Assembly: GCA_965235115.1 (NCBI GenBank)
Contig: OZ249436.1
Location: 29,142,001-29,206,000 of the forward strand
DNA from: Laetmonice hystrix
Lineage: Eukaryota
DNA: 64,000 nt
Reading direction: 5' to 3'
The first letter of the stretch is position 1, and each line of letters opens with the position of its first letter. A program made the position numbers and the translations under genes. Positions 1 to 14,100 of this stretch are shown here, in pieces. The notes below the pieces were generated by a model, which saw only the letters and a list, made by a program, of their open reading frames with translations, made no database searches and was not told the origin of the DNA.

Positions 1-1036
1 TAAAACTTATTTTCCCCTCAATTGGTTGTCAGAGCTTTTGTTCATTAGTGGAAGACAGAGAGGGCCCATAAAGGCATTATTTAGACAGTACAATTCTACC
101 GTTGTCATGAAAGGCAATAAATTGAAACCAATCAGGAATATTTTATAACAAGATTATTCTTTGACTACTTAGATGCTTAAGACTTTCGACACGAGCGTGC
201 AGTCTGATGTCCCCTATGCTTCCCTGCCTTTTTGTCAAATTGTAGTTAATTTATTGTGAATGGTGAAAGTAACAAAAGCGACTAAGAAGAACTTGGAGGT
301 AGGATACAGAGTCCAGTAGAGCCATAGGTAGAGGACCAACATTCAGACATTAGTACACTATATGCAAGAAAAGAAATTTTTAAAAATTCTTGATTTGACA
401 CCCCTGCAAAAATAGGAAGTTTTTACCCCGAAAAAAATATTGTTTAAAGTCCAGAGACCCCAGAATTTCCCCAAATGGACTTCCAAATGAAAATCATGAA
501 AGTCATGGCCCAGGTAAGGAAAAATGAATGAAAGTCCTGAAAAAATGTAAAAATAAGTTTAGGAACAACTCATACACGTGTATAGCTGCCATTTTCGCCT
601 TTTATTAACACCTAAATAAATTATTTTCCCCATTAAAATAAAGGAAAATAAATCGTGATAATGATTGATGTTCTTTATTTAAGTCACTTTGGTATACAGT
701 ACCTGCCACAGTTTACATAGGATAACAAAATCATTGAGGCTTTACTCCAAAATTAGCCCTGTATACATATGGTCAGTAAACAGTTTTTGGTCTGAAACCT
801 ATTTGTTCATCAGTATAAACCTGGTTATTTTCCAAATTGTATAGAAATAAACCTGGTTATCTCCCAAATCTCTAGGATTTCCAGATCTCTAAGAGTGATA
901 GACTCACAATGAGGTTATTATATAATTCATTGGTCCCTGACATTTAGCACCATAGGTGGCAGTCACTACATGGTCCGTCCCACCTTTTTATTAATTCTTT
1001 AAAATGCGATAGTGATGAGGAGTTCTTGATTTCCAT

Positions 1037-1960
1037 TGGCAGTTCGTTCCAAAGTTTATTATCCAAATACCTTATGCTTTTAAATCCATATTAAACAGTT
1101 TTGCACCTATTCTGTGTCAATCTATTCTTGTCTCTGAAAGTATAATATGTAATACGTATTTCAAACACACATTTATATATCTCAATGGATCACGTTTTAA
1201 TTATCTCTATTAGCAGTGTATTCTTATTAGTTTTACTTAATAAATCACTATAAGAAGACGAGAAGTAAGTCACAAATTTCAAGACAGCTTTTCAAGTTTT
1301 GACATTCTTCCTTTGCCACTGAGCATCCATACCCGAGGACAGTATGTGAAGTTTGACTGAATAAAAGAATCATATATGACCTGTTTTGTTCAAGAATTAA
1401 GATTTTGCAATATTCGAAAAAGTGCATTTAACAGATTTCCCGTCTTTCTACATATTCTGTCAATGTGTTTCTCAAAACTCAAATTCTTGTCAACATCAAT
1501 ACCTAGGATGTTTACATAGTCTTCACTATCGATTTCATAATTTGCTACTGTAAATTTAGATAAACCACGTGTGTATTTCCCAATAACAATAGAGTCAAAT
1601 TTTTCAGGATTTGCTTTCATACCATTTACATGGAACCATTAGAAAGTTTTTGTACATTAGTTTTCCAGTGTAGCTTTTATGTCATCAATAACTGAATGAC
1701 ACGACACGACTCATGATAAAAGTCGTTGATGAAGAGGTTAAACATCATGAGCCCAAGGACTGAGACTTCGGGCACACCTTTGGTGACAGATAACCATTTA
1801 CTGTGTGAGTCCTTGACCTTGTCACATTGTTTTCTGTCTTGGAGGTAGTTCCACATAAGAGAGTAAGCACTGTATTTCATACCATATGCCTGAAGTTTGG
1901 CAATTAGTAGACCATGTGGAGTTGCATAAAAAGCCTGAGAAAGGTCCCAGTGCCTGCCAT
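1037..1960 (-). pseudogene. Degenerate non-LTR retrotransposon (CR1/L2-like) reverse transcriptase, 3' fragment
   Basis: Frameshifted minus-strand pieces carry LINE RT motifs: PHGLLIAKLQAYG, KGVPEVSVLG..FNLFIND, ANPEKF and ILGIDVDKNLSFEKHI. The C-terminal motif YGFKSIRYLDNKLWNELP lies near 1037-1090. Confidence 0.85.
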
Positions 1961-2762
1961 ATGAAATGAGCAGGGGAGCCATCAATCGCTCCCGTATGTC
2001 ATGTCAGGGGAGCTGAAGGGGAGTGATACCTACAACTTGATCATACGGCGGATACACCCCTCCCCCGACTCGAAAATCAGGAATCATTTTCACAATCTTT
2101 TCCATTTTCACAATCTTTTTCTTCAAAAGGATTCTCTTTTCTACTCCACAAATTGAAGATATATATCAATTGGCCAAATGTAAAATAGGATACAGTCCCC
2201 AGTGTATAAGAAAATGGTGAAAACACGAGCATTTTACTTTCCATAAATGATTCTGGGAAGTTGATATTCTCTGTCCATCAAGTGGGAAGAAATTCATTAT
2301 ATTTGAAATTCCATATCTGATTCATGATATTTGCTCATTAAACATTATTAGGACTTCTGACAAAACTAATGAAAGCATATTCTAATGAAAACCTGATCCC
2401 AGAATTTGAAATGTATAAAGGCAGAAACCACATGTACCCAAAACATATTTTTTCTTATAACAGCTGCCCACTGTAACAAGGGAGAATCCCTTCAAACAAC
2501 ATTAAGTGTCTCCAGTCATGCCCAAGGACATGCCTTTTAAAGCACTAGTTACCATATAATCAGGGGTAGATGACTGTCAGGATCCATAAATAGAGTAAAA
2601 CTCATTATAAGAGAAAGGATATTACTTTTGGTCAAAAGGCATTCTCCTGGATTATAGTTTGGTAATTAAATAAGGTAATTGTTTCAAGGTCCAGCCAGTC
2701 GAGCGTCAGTTCCGTTTCGAAGCTCTTGTTTTGATTTTCAGTGGTGCGTGCTCATCGATTAC

Positions 2763-3116
2763 GGGGGGGTCGGGATGGTCGAGTGGTCAAGGAGCTCACT
2801 TTCGGATCTTTAGGTCTCTGAAGGGAGACCAGTTCGAAACCCATAGCTGCTCAGGAAAACTTTCATTGACTTTCGGTCATGTTGCCTTCCAAAGTGCAGC
2901 CGACTCGGTTATCAATTGCAGGCCGTGTGGATTTCTGTCTTTAGGAATAGGCACGTACAAGACTCATTGCTGTCTTTCGATAAGAGTTAATGGGGTGACC
3001 ATGCAGCATTTTTCTGCCTTCTCATCTCATAGATTCGATCACCATCACCGCCCTTGAGACAAGCTTGGCCATTAACTAGGGCGTAAAGCAAACGAATAAA
3101 CTGGTCAATAAACCAA
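2763..3116 (+). mobile_element. tRNA-derived SINE
   Basis: A-box TGGTCGAGTGG (2776-2786), B-box-like AGTTCGAAAC (2831-2840) and tail GGCGTAAAGCAAAC. An 11-bp TSD, TCATCGATTAC, lies at 2752-2762 and 3117-3127. Confidence 0.8.
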
Positions 3117-3208
3117 TCATCGATTACATTGCTGTAATTTCGATAAGAGTAGTCAAGAGGTGACAGTGGTGCTCTAACTCCTGAGCTTCTTCAAAAGTGC
3201 TACTAGTA

Positions 3209-5504
3209 CTAGTAGTCTGAAAACTCGAATCCTGTGTACTGGCCATCAGGTGACGGAAACTCTTTCCGGATCCGAAGTACAGCACAGGCTGGGATTACTC
3301 GGCGGATCCCCCGTCCAAGTCGGCGGTGCACCCACCAGGTGAACTGTCGATAGGCAGCCAAACGATATGCACTGAAAATGAGATTGAGACATTTAGTTGT
3401 TGGTCGCATGTCAGAAACTGGCTACCCAAAAAAAGGTGGATGTGTTACAAATCTTTCATGGAGAAATTTACATTTTTTTTTCGTCAAATAATGGCCCTAT
3501 TGTGGAAAATCATATAATCATAATCTATTAAAATATAATGTCACTTGAGAAGAAAACAATCTGGTACGATTATTTGTTGAATATGTATCTTGTGGAATCT
3601 GATCATTTTGACAGTGGTGAATATTTTATGTAACCACTTAAAAGTTTTAAAATATCAAAAGGAACCGCTTTCTGAGAGCAGGTCTGATGCATTATGGGAT
3701 GAGTCCCAGATTGGCCCCCATGTAATTGAAAGCATCATATATTTCTGGTCATAACTTTTGAACTGTTTGATTTTGATGAGTTTTTGATCGATTTTGTCAA
3801 ATGCTTAAATCTTTCTTGTGGTTTCATTTTCTTCAGAGTTCCATTATAGTATCGCAATCCAATGATCTGAGCATTGGCGAGTATTTGTACTTGATCTTCA
3901 GGCACTGACTCGCGATTATTTTGAGTACTCGGATAATCGTTACAGCCCTAATCTCTAATACATCACAAAAAAACATAATATTGGCCAGGCGAAAACTCCA
4001 GACCCAGGGCCCAGTTAGAATTCTAATGGTCGCCCCCTAAGTACCTTACTGGCTCAGAGACAGTCAGAGTCAAAGTCAGACTACATAATGTTAGATGTTG
4101 ACATGACTCCTGATGATGTAGCACCCTAGCAGGTCTCATCATCTCATTCTGTGCTACAATATGAACATGCAGGTTTATTAGACCAGCTTTAGAACAATGG
4201 CATTTAATTTTAATTAGACATGACAGTCCTGAACAATCTGCTAGTGGCTGGTCTCTTTACTTTAGTCAGATTAGCCTGTCATGGGTGGACTGGAACATGG
4301 GCATCCCCAGAATTTTTTTCCGGGGGGGGGGGGGCACAACCTGACATGAAGGGCAGATGAAAGCCAGGGGGTCTGGGTGGCCTCCCCCAGAAAGAAATTG
4401 AGATTTTGAAACCTAAATACTTGAATCAGGTGCTGTATTTTTATCTAAAATTAATTAATTTAGTACATTTCCTTCCTTCTATTTTCCAGGGGGCACCCCT
4501 TTGCCCCCCTACACCCATGGACTGGAACTCAGTTATACCCTAGGCTGAGCCCACTATCCACTTATCACTACTCAGGCCTGCAGCCACAGGGGGGGGGGGG
4601 AGATTTCGGGGCAATCCCCTCAATTATTTTGCCCCTCCCAGATTTTTTTCGACATTGCCTGTTTCCTACACTAAACAATTATCGCCTCCCCCCCCCCAAG
4701 GAATGTGCTTGCCCTCCCCCTCCCCCCCCCCACCCCCAAGGCTGGGATCAAGCTGCCAGGTGGTCGGGCTCCCAGGGTTGGCCTGTCGCCCACTCTGACA
4801 CGTGTCATTACATAATTTAATCGGTTGCCGATGAGGAAGGCGAGGGAACTGTAGGAGTTTGTTTTCGAGACGATTAATTTTCATGTCTTTTTAGTTTTGG
4901 AATATTCACATTATTCTTAAATTTATACACAGTGGACACTTAAAATTAAATTAATTTGACTATCCGACACTGACTGTTCACATCGGACTTTGACCAGCCC
5001 CAGGACACATTGACTGTGTTGGACACTTTGGTTATCAGACACATTGACTATAAATAATTCATCCTGGCTACGGGCCCGTTCCGACTGACGTACATCTACT
5101 GTGTAGATTTCTAGACAACTACTAGTAGTAGAGTAGACAACAACGACAACCTACCGATTACTCACTGGCTCCTCGACAGGAACACCTCGCATGTCCTTCA
5201 TTGCCACCATAGCTGTCCAAAGCACGTCTTTGTCCAGCACAACTCTCTCGAAACTTTGGTGACTTGTCACACACAAAACACCCTTGGCAGCACACATCGA
5301 TGACACTTGGGACAGTTCCACACAACAAATGCACTCATCTTGTGTTGGCATGATCCCACACTGACTGCACCGGCACCACTGCAGTGATGTCCTCCTGTCC
5401 TCTTCCTGATCATTCCCTTCAGAGTCAGAACTTGACAACTGTTCGGCATCAGTACAGGGCTCCAGCCGCTTTGGTTCAAATGAGTATGGCTGCAGGACAC
5501 TCAT
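3209..5504 (-). CDS. Stand-alone P2X7 cytoplasmic-tail (ballast, Cys-rich Zn-binding)-like protein, 2 exons, ~170 aa
   Basis: Exon 1 is 5504-5155 (MSVLQPYSFEP...WCRCSQCGIMPTQDECICCVE...CVTSHQSF...LDKDVL) with donor CG|GTAGGT. Exon 2 is 3371-3209 after TTTTCAG and reads (R)AYRLAAYRQFTWWVHRRLGRGIRRVIPACAVLRIRKEFPSPDGQYTGF. The phase-2 junction joins in frame (513 nt total). Confidence 0.85.
4296..4519. mobile_element. Non-autonomous hAT-type MITE in the intron of the P2X7-tail-like gene
   Basis: Termini are CATGGG...CCCATG. A perfect 8-bp TSD, GACTGGAA, lies at 4288-4295 and 4520-4527. Confidence 0.7.
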
Positions 5505-5784
5505 TTGGAAACAATATGGATAAAAACTGGCGATAAAATGTGGACTAGCTCTCTTGATTGTATGCGTTCTCGTGAAATGGCGTCGAAACCGGAACCAACA
5601 ATACGTCACAACATCACGTGATCAGACAGCAGCCATGACGACCGTCTGACGGTCGCTTGTGGGTCAATACGGACAGTTATTTATAAAAGATTGTTTCACG
5701 TATTCTAAGGGTCATTAAATGATGAGTAGTGACGTAAATTGTTTGTAGGTGTATGGAAAATGACTAGAGAACTTTTTGGGGGGC

Positions 5785-5802
5785 AGGTAAGTTCCCCTTT
5801 AA
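5785..5802 (-). mobile_element. Possible Kolobok-type transposon terminus
   Basis: The minus strand reads TTAA|AGGGGAACTTACC (TTAA target plus purine-purine start). It lies about 290 bp upstream of the P2X7-tail-like ORF. I did not find the partner end in the window. Confidence 0.4.
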
Positions 5803-6942
5803 CTCCTAGACCCTGTTGACAACCAACTAGCAGAAACAGGGTCTAGGTTCCTGGACTACTAGTACTACTACTAGTAGTTACAAATAAGTTATCTAATAAT
5901 TCCAATACAGGTGCCTATCCATCGCCTACATCAAAGATTCCATACCTACTATTACTATAGACAGTAAATATCGCCTGTACTCATATTATTTAGCCTAAGG
6001 CTAAACAAGATTTGCTTACAAGGTAACTTCCTCGGTCCAATGTTCCGGTCCGATCTCCCACAACACTGTCTCTCTGGCCATCGGTTCGGTGGTACAGGTA
6101 TCGCTACAATAACTTGAATAAGTGAGTAAGTTGTTATTTTTTCCAAGGTAATACGTTCAATCTTTTCCCATTAGGTGACGAAAAAAGGTAGAAATATTAA
6201 AATCAGAAGACAATATATCCATATTGATGGAAATTATTAAAGTACATATAGTTTGTGTATGCTAATCTGTGCTTAAACTACGTCTATGAGTACATCGTAG
6301 CAGGGATACCTCTAACTTTCACCGGCTTCCGGTTGACGTATTCCACTTCCAGCATGTTCAGTGGTGGTACTGGTACTACAGTCTACAGTGGTAGTGACTG
6401 TGTCACTGGCCTGCAAGTTCAACCCAGTTCAACGTCAAGCGAAGTAACATTCTGACTTCTTTAGATTATACATTAGTACGGTGAGAATGGTTCATCCAGC
6501 TTTCATTTGAGACGAATTTGTTTTGTAGCAACTGAGACTGAGTGAGGTCGAGGAGCAGTGCCTAGCCTAGCCTAGCCCTAGCCCTAGCCTGCCTAGGCTA
6601 AGTAAGGCTAAGCCAGGCCCAAGGCTAAGGCCCTAAGCTGAGGCTGATGTATGATGATGTAGTGATCATCATTCACTCAGTCTCAGTCTCGGCCCAGCCA
6701 GACCATCAGGGCCCGTTAGTTCGAAAATTCTCGAGTTGTTCTTAAACTTACTCAACTGTCCTGAGAATAATTACTCAACTCAGTCTCACGTATTCTCAGC
6801 GGTACTGCCGGTAGTTCGAAAATTCTCAAGCTGAGCAAACTTTCCTGATTTCTGAGAACACGCACACGGGTTTAAGTTACGTCACTAAAAATAACAAACG
6901 GCGATGTCACAAATAATAGGGCTCCTGTTCCACTGGCTGCGT

Positions 6943-7272
6943 GGGGGGACCGGGGTGGCGCAGTGGTTAGAGCACGGGACCTTTGATCCAAGGGTCCTGG
7001 GTTCGATCCGCGGCCGCGCCAGACTTTCCTGCATAAGCAGTGCTGCCGACTGCTTTATCAAAGGCCGGCCGTGTCACGATACGTCTATGTGGAGGGGCAC
7101 GTTAAAGATCCCTTGGCACCTATCGATAAGAGTAGGGGTTCGCCCGATGCCAGGTTTCCTCCTATCATCTCATTATCACCCAATGGATTTCACCGACTGA
7201 GTTAGTTACCTTGTTCTCGCCCTGAAATAGCTGAAATACTGCTGACTGGGCGTTAAACACCAACTACTCACT
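6943..7272 (+). mobile_element. tRNA-derived SINE
   Basis: A-box TGGCGCAGTGG (6956-6966), B-box GGTTCGATCC (7000-7009) and tail GGCGTTAAACACCAACTACTCACT. A 13-bp TSD, CCACTGGCTGCGT, lies at 6930-6942 and 7273-7285. Confidence 0.88.
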
Positions 7273-8197
7273 CCACTGGCTGCGTCAGAGGCACGATGTA
7301 CAAACAACGGACGCATGACTGACTCACGACAATCGCACACTCCTGCGCACGACTTGCGGCCGACGCGTGTACATCGTGCGACCACAGGGTTTCCTGCAGG
7401 CCCTTTTTTGAGGGAGACTGCCCCCCCCCCCCATTATTCAGCTCTTCCCCCCCCCCTAAAAAAAAAAAATTCCAAGGGGAAATATTTTGCTTAACTCTCT
7501 GTAGTCTCTCCCCCCCCCCCCCCAAACTCGCACCATCCCCCCCCCCCCCAAAAAAAAGTCGAAAATCTCCAGGAAACCCTGGTCCATCGTGCGCCGTTGT
7601 AATCTGTTCTACTGGCTGCGGTCGAGGTTGTGCACAACGTTTTTACTACCGAATACAGGATTAATACTACCGAATACAGGTTAAATACGACTGAATACAA
7701 CTCCAAATGGATGAAATACACAATCGAAATACAACCAAATCTATATCTACGAACGAGAAAAGCCATCGCGAGGCCGTTGTAGCCAAAATATCAAACATGT
7801 TTGATTTTGACGTGCGCTCAGCGCGGGCAGAATTTATTTTAAGCTCTGAAACGGTCTGAAGGAATCATCGCCACGTTCGCCAGATTTGGTGAGAATTATA
7901 TTCCCCAAAATTGGCGATCGCCAATCTTAGTAAAACGGGCCACTGTCGCCAGATAACGTCACAATTATGTATCTATTTTGCCATTGTCGCTTGTCTAATA
8001 GTCCTCACTGGCACAGAGCCTCGCTTTGGGTGACAACACTGACGTCAAAATGGCAGACGTAAACAAACCCGGGTCAAAACTCTGAAATTCTACACCCTTG
8101 AAACTAAAAAATTACACACCGTGAGCAAGCATCCTCCTTAGCTGGCTCCAGAAACAATCATTGCACAACTGGGTCCTTTTGATTAATTGCAGCCGCA

Positions 8198-11100
8198 ATG
8201 TCGGAGGCAAATACTACAGAGATAATTGGGGAGTCGCAGGCTTGTGGAGACGTTGTTGTGGACAAACAGAAAGTCGACGATGTACCTTTACTAACAGACA
8301 TGATGCCACCTGACAAGGAGGGGAACTGTAATGCTGCTAACCCAGATACTTCTGTGGAATCTGAAGACAAGTTCCCCAAGGAAAAGGATGAAGAATGGAT
8401 GGATGTCCTAGGGAATGGAAAGCTCCTTAAAAAGGTATGTTAAGCATATTGAAAGCAGGCACGGCCGATTACGATTGTAATCGGCCCTGTGATTGTAAAC
8501 AGAAGAAGTTCATTCGCAGGGAATGAAATTCTTTTAGAGCTGGCACCTTCTGAATTTGTGTCTGTCACAGGCGAATAGAGACTTAGTGAGGTAAAATAGT
8601 GTCAAGGATGGAAAGATCTGTGCATTTCAAAGGAACATCCCTAAGCTTCTGGGAGAAATGTCGGTGGAAACTGTAGGCCTCCACACACTTGGGCAGTTCA
8701 CGCCGCGATTTGACGTCGCGTGAAACGCCCGGCGTAACCACTGGGCGTTTCGCCGTGCGATAAATGGTTCCCACTTGCGCGGAAAACGCACGCGGTCATC
8801 GCTGGCTGTTTACAAAATGGCAAAATGCAAATTGTCATACTGTTTCTGTGCATCTTTATAGGAGGGACATTGTTTGCCGTATAGGCAGGGATTATTCTCG
8901 GTTTCCACTATCAACTGTTCGGTTTTCTGGTCCTTTTACTTCCGCCCATCCTGCTGGCTGGTAGATGATAAAATGGAATACAGATCAACCTGGAATCATT
9001 AGGTGCAAGGTGGTCTGACCACAGATACTGGATGCCTATTGGCTAAATGGATGATCGGTCGAGGCAACACGCCGCGTGATACGCACAGAAACGTATTCTG
9101 AGGTTTCGGTCATTTCACGCTGCGGTCGCAATGCGTGTTTTTTTTAATTGTAATTCTATTATGGGTTACAACGCATTTTCGCGACGCGTTTCACGCGACG
9201 TCAAATCGCAGCGTGAACTGCCCAAGTGTGTGGAGGCCTTTAGGCTGTGTTTGTGTATCTTTAAACTTAAAATTAAACAGGAATACTGATATCATAACTC
9301 AAATCGGTGATGTCCTTAATCTAGGGACTTGTGTGCTAACATGCCTCAATGAGATATCATATGTACATATGTTTTTTTGTGATTGCGCAGGTATACCAGG
9401 ATGATACCTTTTGTCCAAAAATGGCTGCTCATGTTCTGTCCTTTAATATACTATCCTCAAATCTGACTTGTCATGTAAATCTGTCAAATAATTTTTATTT
9501 AGCCAGGTTAAATCAGACTTTGACACATGTTTTGATCAGGTCCTGCAAGCGGGAAAAGATCGTTCCTCTAGGCCTGTCCAAGGTGAAGTGGTTGTAATAA
9601 GTACGGTCGGACACCTAGATGATGGGACAGAAGTAGATAAGAACGACATACTTTCTTTCACATTAGGTGATGGTGATGTCATCCAAGGTAAGAAAATCCT
9701 CGGCTTCCTTGTAAGTGAATGGTTTCTAGTGCTTGGAAAGGATGCAAGGGAGCACTGGTAGAATATATTCATATATTCATATTAATATATTATAATTATT
9801 AATATAGAGGCCAGAATTGATATGAAAAACATTCAATGCCATAAAATACGTCGGTGGTGAGTAGGTAAACATAAATCTGAACATTTGATGGTGATAATAC
9901 TCCCGTTAATGTGTAATAATAAGCAAAAGTATGCTTAACATAACATGCTTTTGAATCTTGATTTCACTGCAAAATTTGTGTGTTGTACTTTGATTTACAG
10001 CTTTTGATCTTTGCTGTGCCTTAATGGGAGATGGGGAGAAAGCAGAGGTGATCACAGAACCTGTTTATGCTTATGGAGAGGTTGGAAGGTAAAGATTTCT
10101 CTGCAACAATGATACTTACGGATCCAGAGTTTTGGATCAAAGGCAAAGGGAAATCTGGCAATTGTGGGGAAATCCAACAAGGTCAATTTAGGAATGAAGG
10201 ATTGAATTGACATGTATTTAATACCTGTAAGACAAGTACAACTCAAATGGCCTAATTTCTGTGTACCAGTAACTTTGAGGAGTTTTTTTGTAAACACCAT
10301 ATTTTCTTATGGCCTGACACATTGAAAGGATTCTCAACATCCTTTTGAATCACTGAAACTCATTTTTCTAAATAACGATTCAGGATCGTGAAATCGCAGA
10401 GATTTTTTGACATCCATTTTAACCACTTGCCGGCAGGATTAATGTTTAATTATCTGACCCCCTGGTCGGATTAATTCTGTAAATTACATGTATTTTAATG
10501 AGAAAATCTTTGCGTATATATACATCATCCGTTAGAATGGAAGGTTCAATGCATGCGTGTATACACGTCATCTTCCGGGAAGTGGTTACATGTTAATATC
10601 TTCTACACTTCAGAAGTACTCCTGAGGAAAGTATTCCAGGTAACAGTCGGATCACATACCAGATTGAGCTGTTGAAGGTGGAAGGTGCCATTGACTTTGC
10701 CAAACTCGCCATTTCTGACAGACTGGAACAAGCGTAAGTACATATTGCAGTTGTATTTATGAAACATGGATTGTAAACTCTTCAGGGGATTCAAGTGTGA
10801 TGTCACTTAAACTATATGGATATTAATAGTGTAGTCAAGTGCCTTGGTCAAAGCAAAATGAATGTTTGATAGACTTAGTTATGATTTACCAGGTTATAAT
10901 GAACATATTTTAAACTGAAGACCCCAACTGACAGAATCTACGTCCAATGTCCAATTTGGATTAGGCTTGATGAGAAGGGGCCCTCATGGGGGTGTGATAC
11001 ACATGCCCTAGAATCTATTGAAAGAGAGTAACTATTCATTTTCTGAATATATGATGATATATGGTATCGTAGCTACCATTCGTGTATAAAATAACAGGTG

Positions 11101-14100
11101 AAAAGTAGTTTGATATAGATAGGCCTACCATTTTGTCAATCAATTTTGCATGAGTATCCTTGATTGCTTGAGATTACACATGTTCTGCTTCAAGAATGGT
11201 TCATGATGTTCTAGAAGTTAGCCATTTGAAGGTAATCTTATATACTTAATCTTATCAGTGATAAGAAGCGTGAAAGAGGTAACTACCTGTATACAAGAGC
11301 AGAGTATCCAGGATCCATCAATTCTTACACAAAGTAAGTACTTTAACCTATATGTTGATCGTTAAGCACATGGCCACTGACTAAAACTATTTAAAGAAAA
11401 GGTGACTTTTACTTACATATTTCCAGGGTTCTAGCTAGGCCTGTTTTCGCATATCGGCCCGATATGCTGAGTTTTTGCCCCGATACGTGACCCAAATCAC
11501 CGATACACTGTTTCAGGCCTGATATGGGACAAAATCACTTATAAGCTATTTAGCTGAGAAGGATTCCTGCTTTCCACCACCCTCACCTTAGAATGGAAGT
11601 GTGTTTTATTCGCTCAGATTGCACCAAATTACATCCGTTTTTTCCGAAATTTTCTGGGGAAGGCCCCCCCCCCCATACCACCACCACACAAGGGGCAACC
11701 ACTCTCGCACCCTCCCCTGCCCGGCACAATGACGCGCAACATATTCCTAGGCCATTTCCGCTGGTTACCCCCATGCTGACATTTTTTTCTAGCTAGAAGT
11801 TGACTTCATAAAGTTTCCTCATTCTAACTTCAGGGGTTAAAAAGGGGGGGGGAGATATAATGTAATCCCTCTAGATTTGCCTTACATTAGCATGGGAGGC
11901 AGGTATCTCGTTCCATAGGACCCCCATGTTTATATAGAACACAGTCTTTGCAGTTTGAAAATTGTATGGAATTTTATTTCGACCAAGATTTTAGGATGTG
12001 AAAACCCGGCAATTTAAGTCCGGTGAGAATGGTTTGTTTGACAATTTATCATTACATAATACCCAGTCCAGGTTTGGTCCTATAAATAATGGGGGAAAAA
12101 TTGCTTCACAGGGCAGTACGTATCCTGGACGACAGTGGTGAAACCCACACTGAAGCAGCCGGAGAACTGCAAAAACTAGTTGATATGCGTGTTAAATGTT
12201 ACAATAATCTTGCTGCTGCACAACTTAAGGTAAGTGTATTTTAAAAAGTAGACTGTTCAAATGGAGTTAATATGTGACAATTATGAAGTATTATTGCCAA
12301 TAGGGGCGGAACGATACATTTTTTTGGCGATACAATAACATATTGCAATAGAGAGGCCAAAACAAGATTCACCACACAATTCTTTTAAACATAGTAAAGA
12401 AATTATCATTTGTTCATTTTTGTCTTTGAAAGAATTTGTAAATAAATTCATATTGTAGCTACAGATGTTGTTCCTTTGCCATTTCTCTATCAAAAAGAAT
12501 AACATGAACTTGATGTGACACAAAACTCAGACATAATATATCATGAACCACATGTATAATTTTAACATTAGACAAAATGTTCGAATGCACTTCAATGCAG
12601 GAGGATAGCCCATGAGCCCAACCCTGTGCTGGAACATATACTACAATCATTGACCCTTTAACCCCCAAGTTTTTGAGGCCGAGGACTCTCTCCAACGTAG
12701 GCTCCATGGAAAAAATCGCCAAAAAAAGTTTTTTCCACATATCCATCATAATGACATCATCATTAGATTCTGAGGGCTATAAGTCATAAACCGTGCAAGA
12801 TAGACCCATAATTACTATTGAAGACGAATAGGAAGTCATACATGCTCTTTCAATTGACACTGTACTGGAACCCCCAATCGGGAATCGGGGACATCCCAGG
12901 CAGTTACCACAAGAAGTTCTTTCAAAGTTTGAACATACCGTCGTTTGTATTTTCGTTTCTTTTACATTGCAACTCCTCGCATCGAGGTAAAAAACCATCA
13001 GCTTTCGCCGGTCGTGCGGATGACCCGTTCTCTCGCGAGATCTCCTCCCGAGATCAGACTGTGGTGTCGCGGTATATTTAGACTTACTAAAACTAAACCA
13101 AGTCTCTCAGTTGGTTCCAGAACACTCCTCGCCTGGTTTTAGGATAAAATCACTACTAGTGAGTCTTGTGGCTGTAGAAAGTCTCTGTCCACATATTGTC
13201 TATAACAATACTCGTTAACTAAACTACTGTAATCTCTACAGTCCAATGTTAGGAACTAAAATTGTGGACGAGTTATGAATGATAAGGTTATTAATGCAGG
13301 TCTTCGTTTTGAAGCAGCAACACAAGTTCGGTAACAGGGCGAGCGTAGACCCGCTTGACGCCATCCCGCGCTGTCTGAACGCGGACCTTGCGGACCTGTT
13401 TGTCACTGCTGGGTAAAGTTTCAATGACACGTGCGTAGGGCCAGTCATTGCGATGGGTGGTGTCCTTGAGGAGCACAAGGTCACCCACTTGCAGATTGCG
13501 CTGATGGGCCTGCCAGCGCTTTCGCGGTTGGAGTGTAGGCAGGTACTCCTTCCGCCAGCGGCTCCAGAATAATTGAGCAAGATGTTGGACCCGTCGCCAC
13601 TGGCGTCCACAGGCGTTTGCTGCATGAGTGAAGTCTCCTGGGGGTGGCCCTATAGGGCTGGACTTCATGGTAAGTATAGCAGCTGGCGAAAGAACTTCAG
13701 GGCTGTCTGGGTCCGATGACACTGCGACCAGAGGCCGACAGTTGATAATGGCTGACACCTCAGCCATGAATGTGGAAAGAAGTTCATGCGTTAGTGGCAC
13801 CTTCGTTTCTCGGAGAATGGAGTCCAGGATGCGTCTACTCACACCGATAAGGCGCTCCCAAGCACCTCCCATATGCGATGCATGGGGCACGTTGAACTTC
13901 CACTGCATGCTGTTCTGTGTGAGATAGGTCTCTAGAGTAGTCTTGTCCATTTCCCTTAGCGCCTCATTCAGCTCTCTTGAGGCTCCAATGAAATTGGTGC
14001 CACAGTCAGAGTAACAGCATTTCACCTGGCCACGTATGGCCATGAACCGGCGAAGGGCGTTGAGAAATGATGAAGTAGTGAGTTCTTCAATCAATTCAAT

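Noticed and set aside
6943..7020. Functional tRNA genes at 6943 and 2763
   Set aside because: The tRNA-like heads continue into SINE bodies and tails and are flanked by TSDs.
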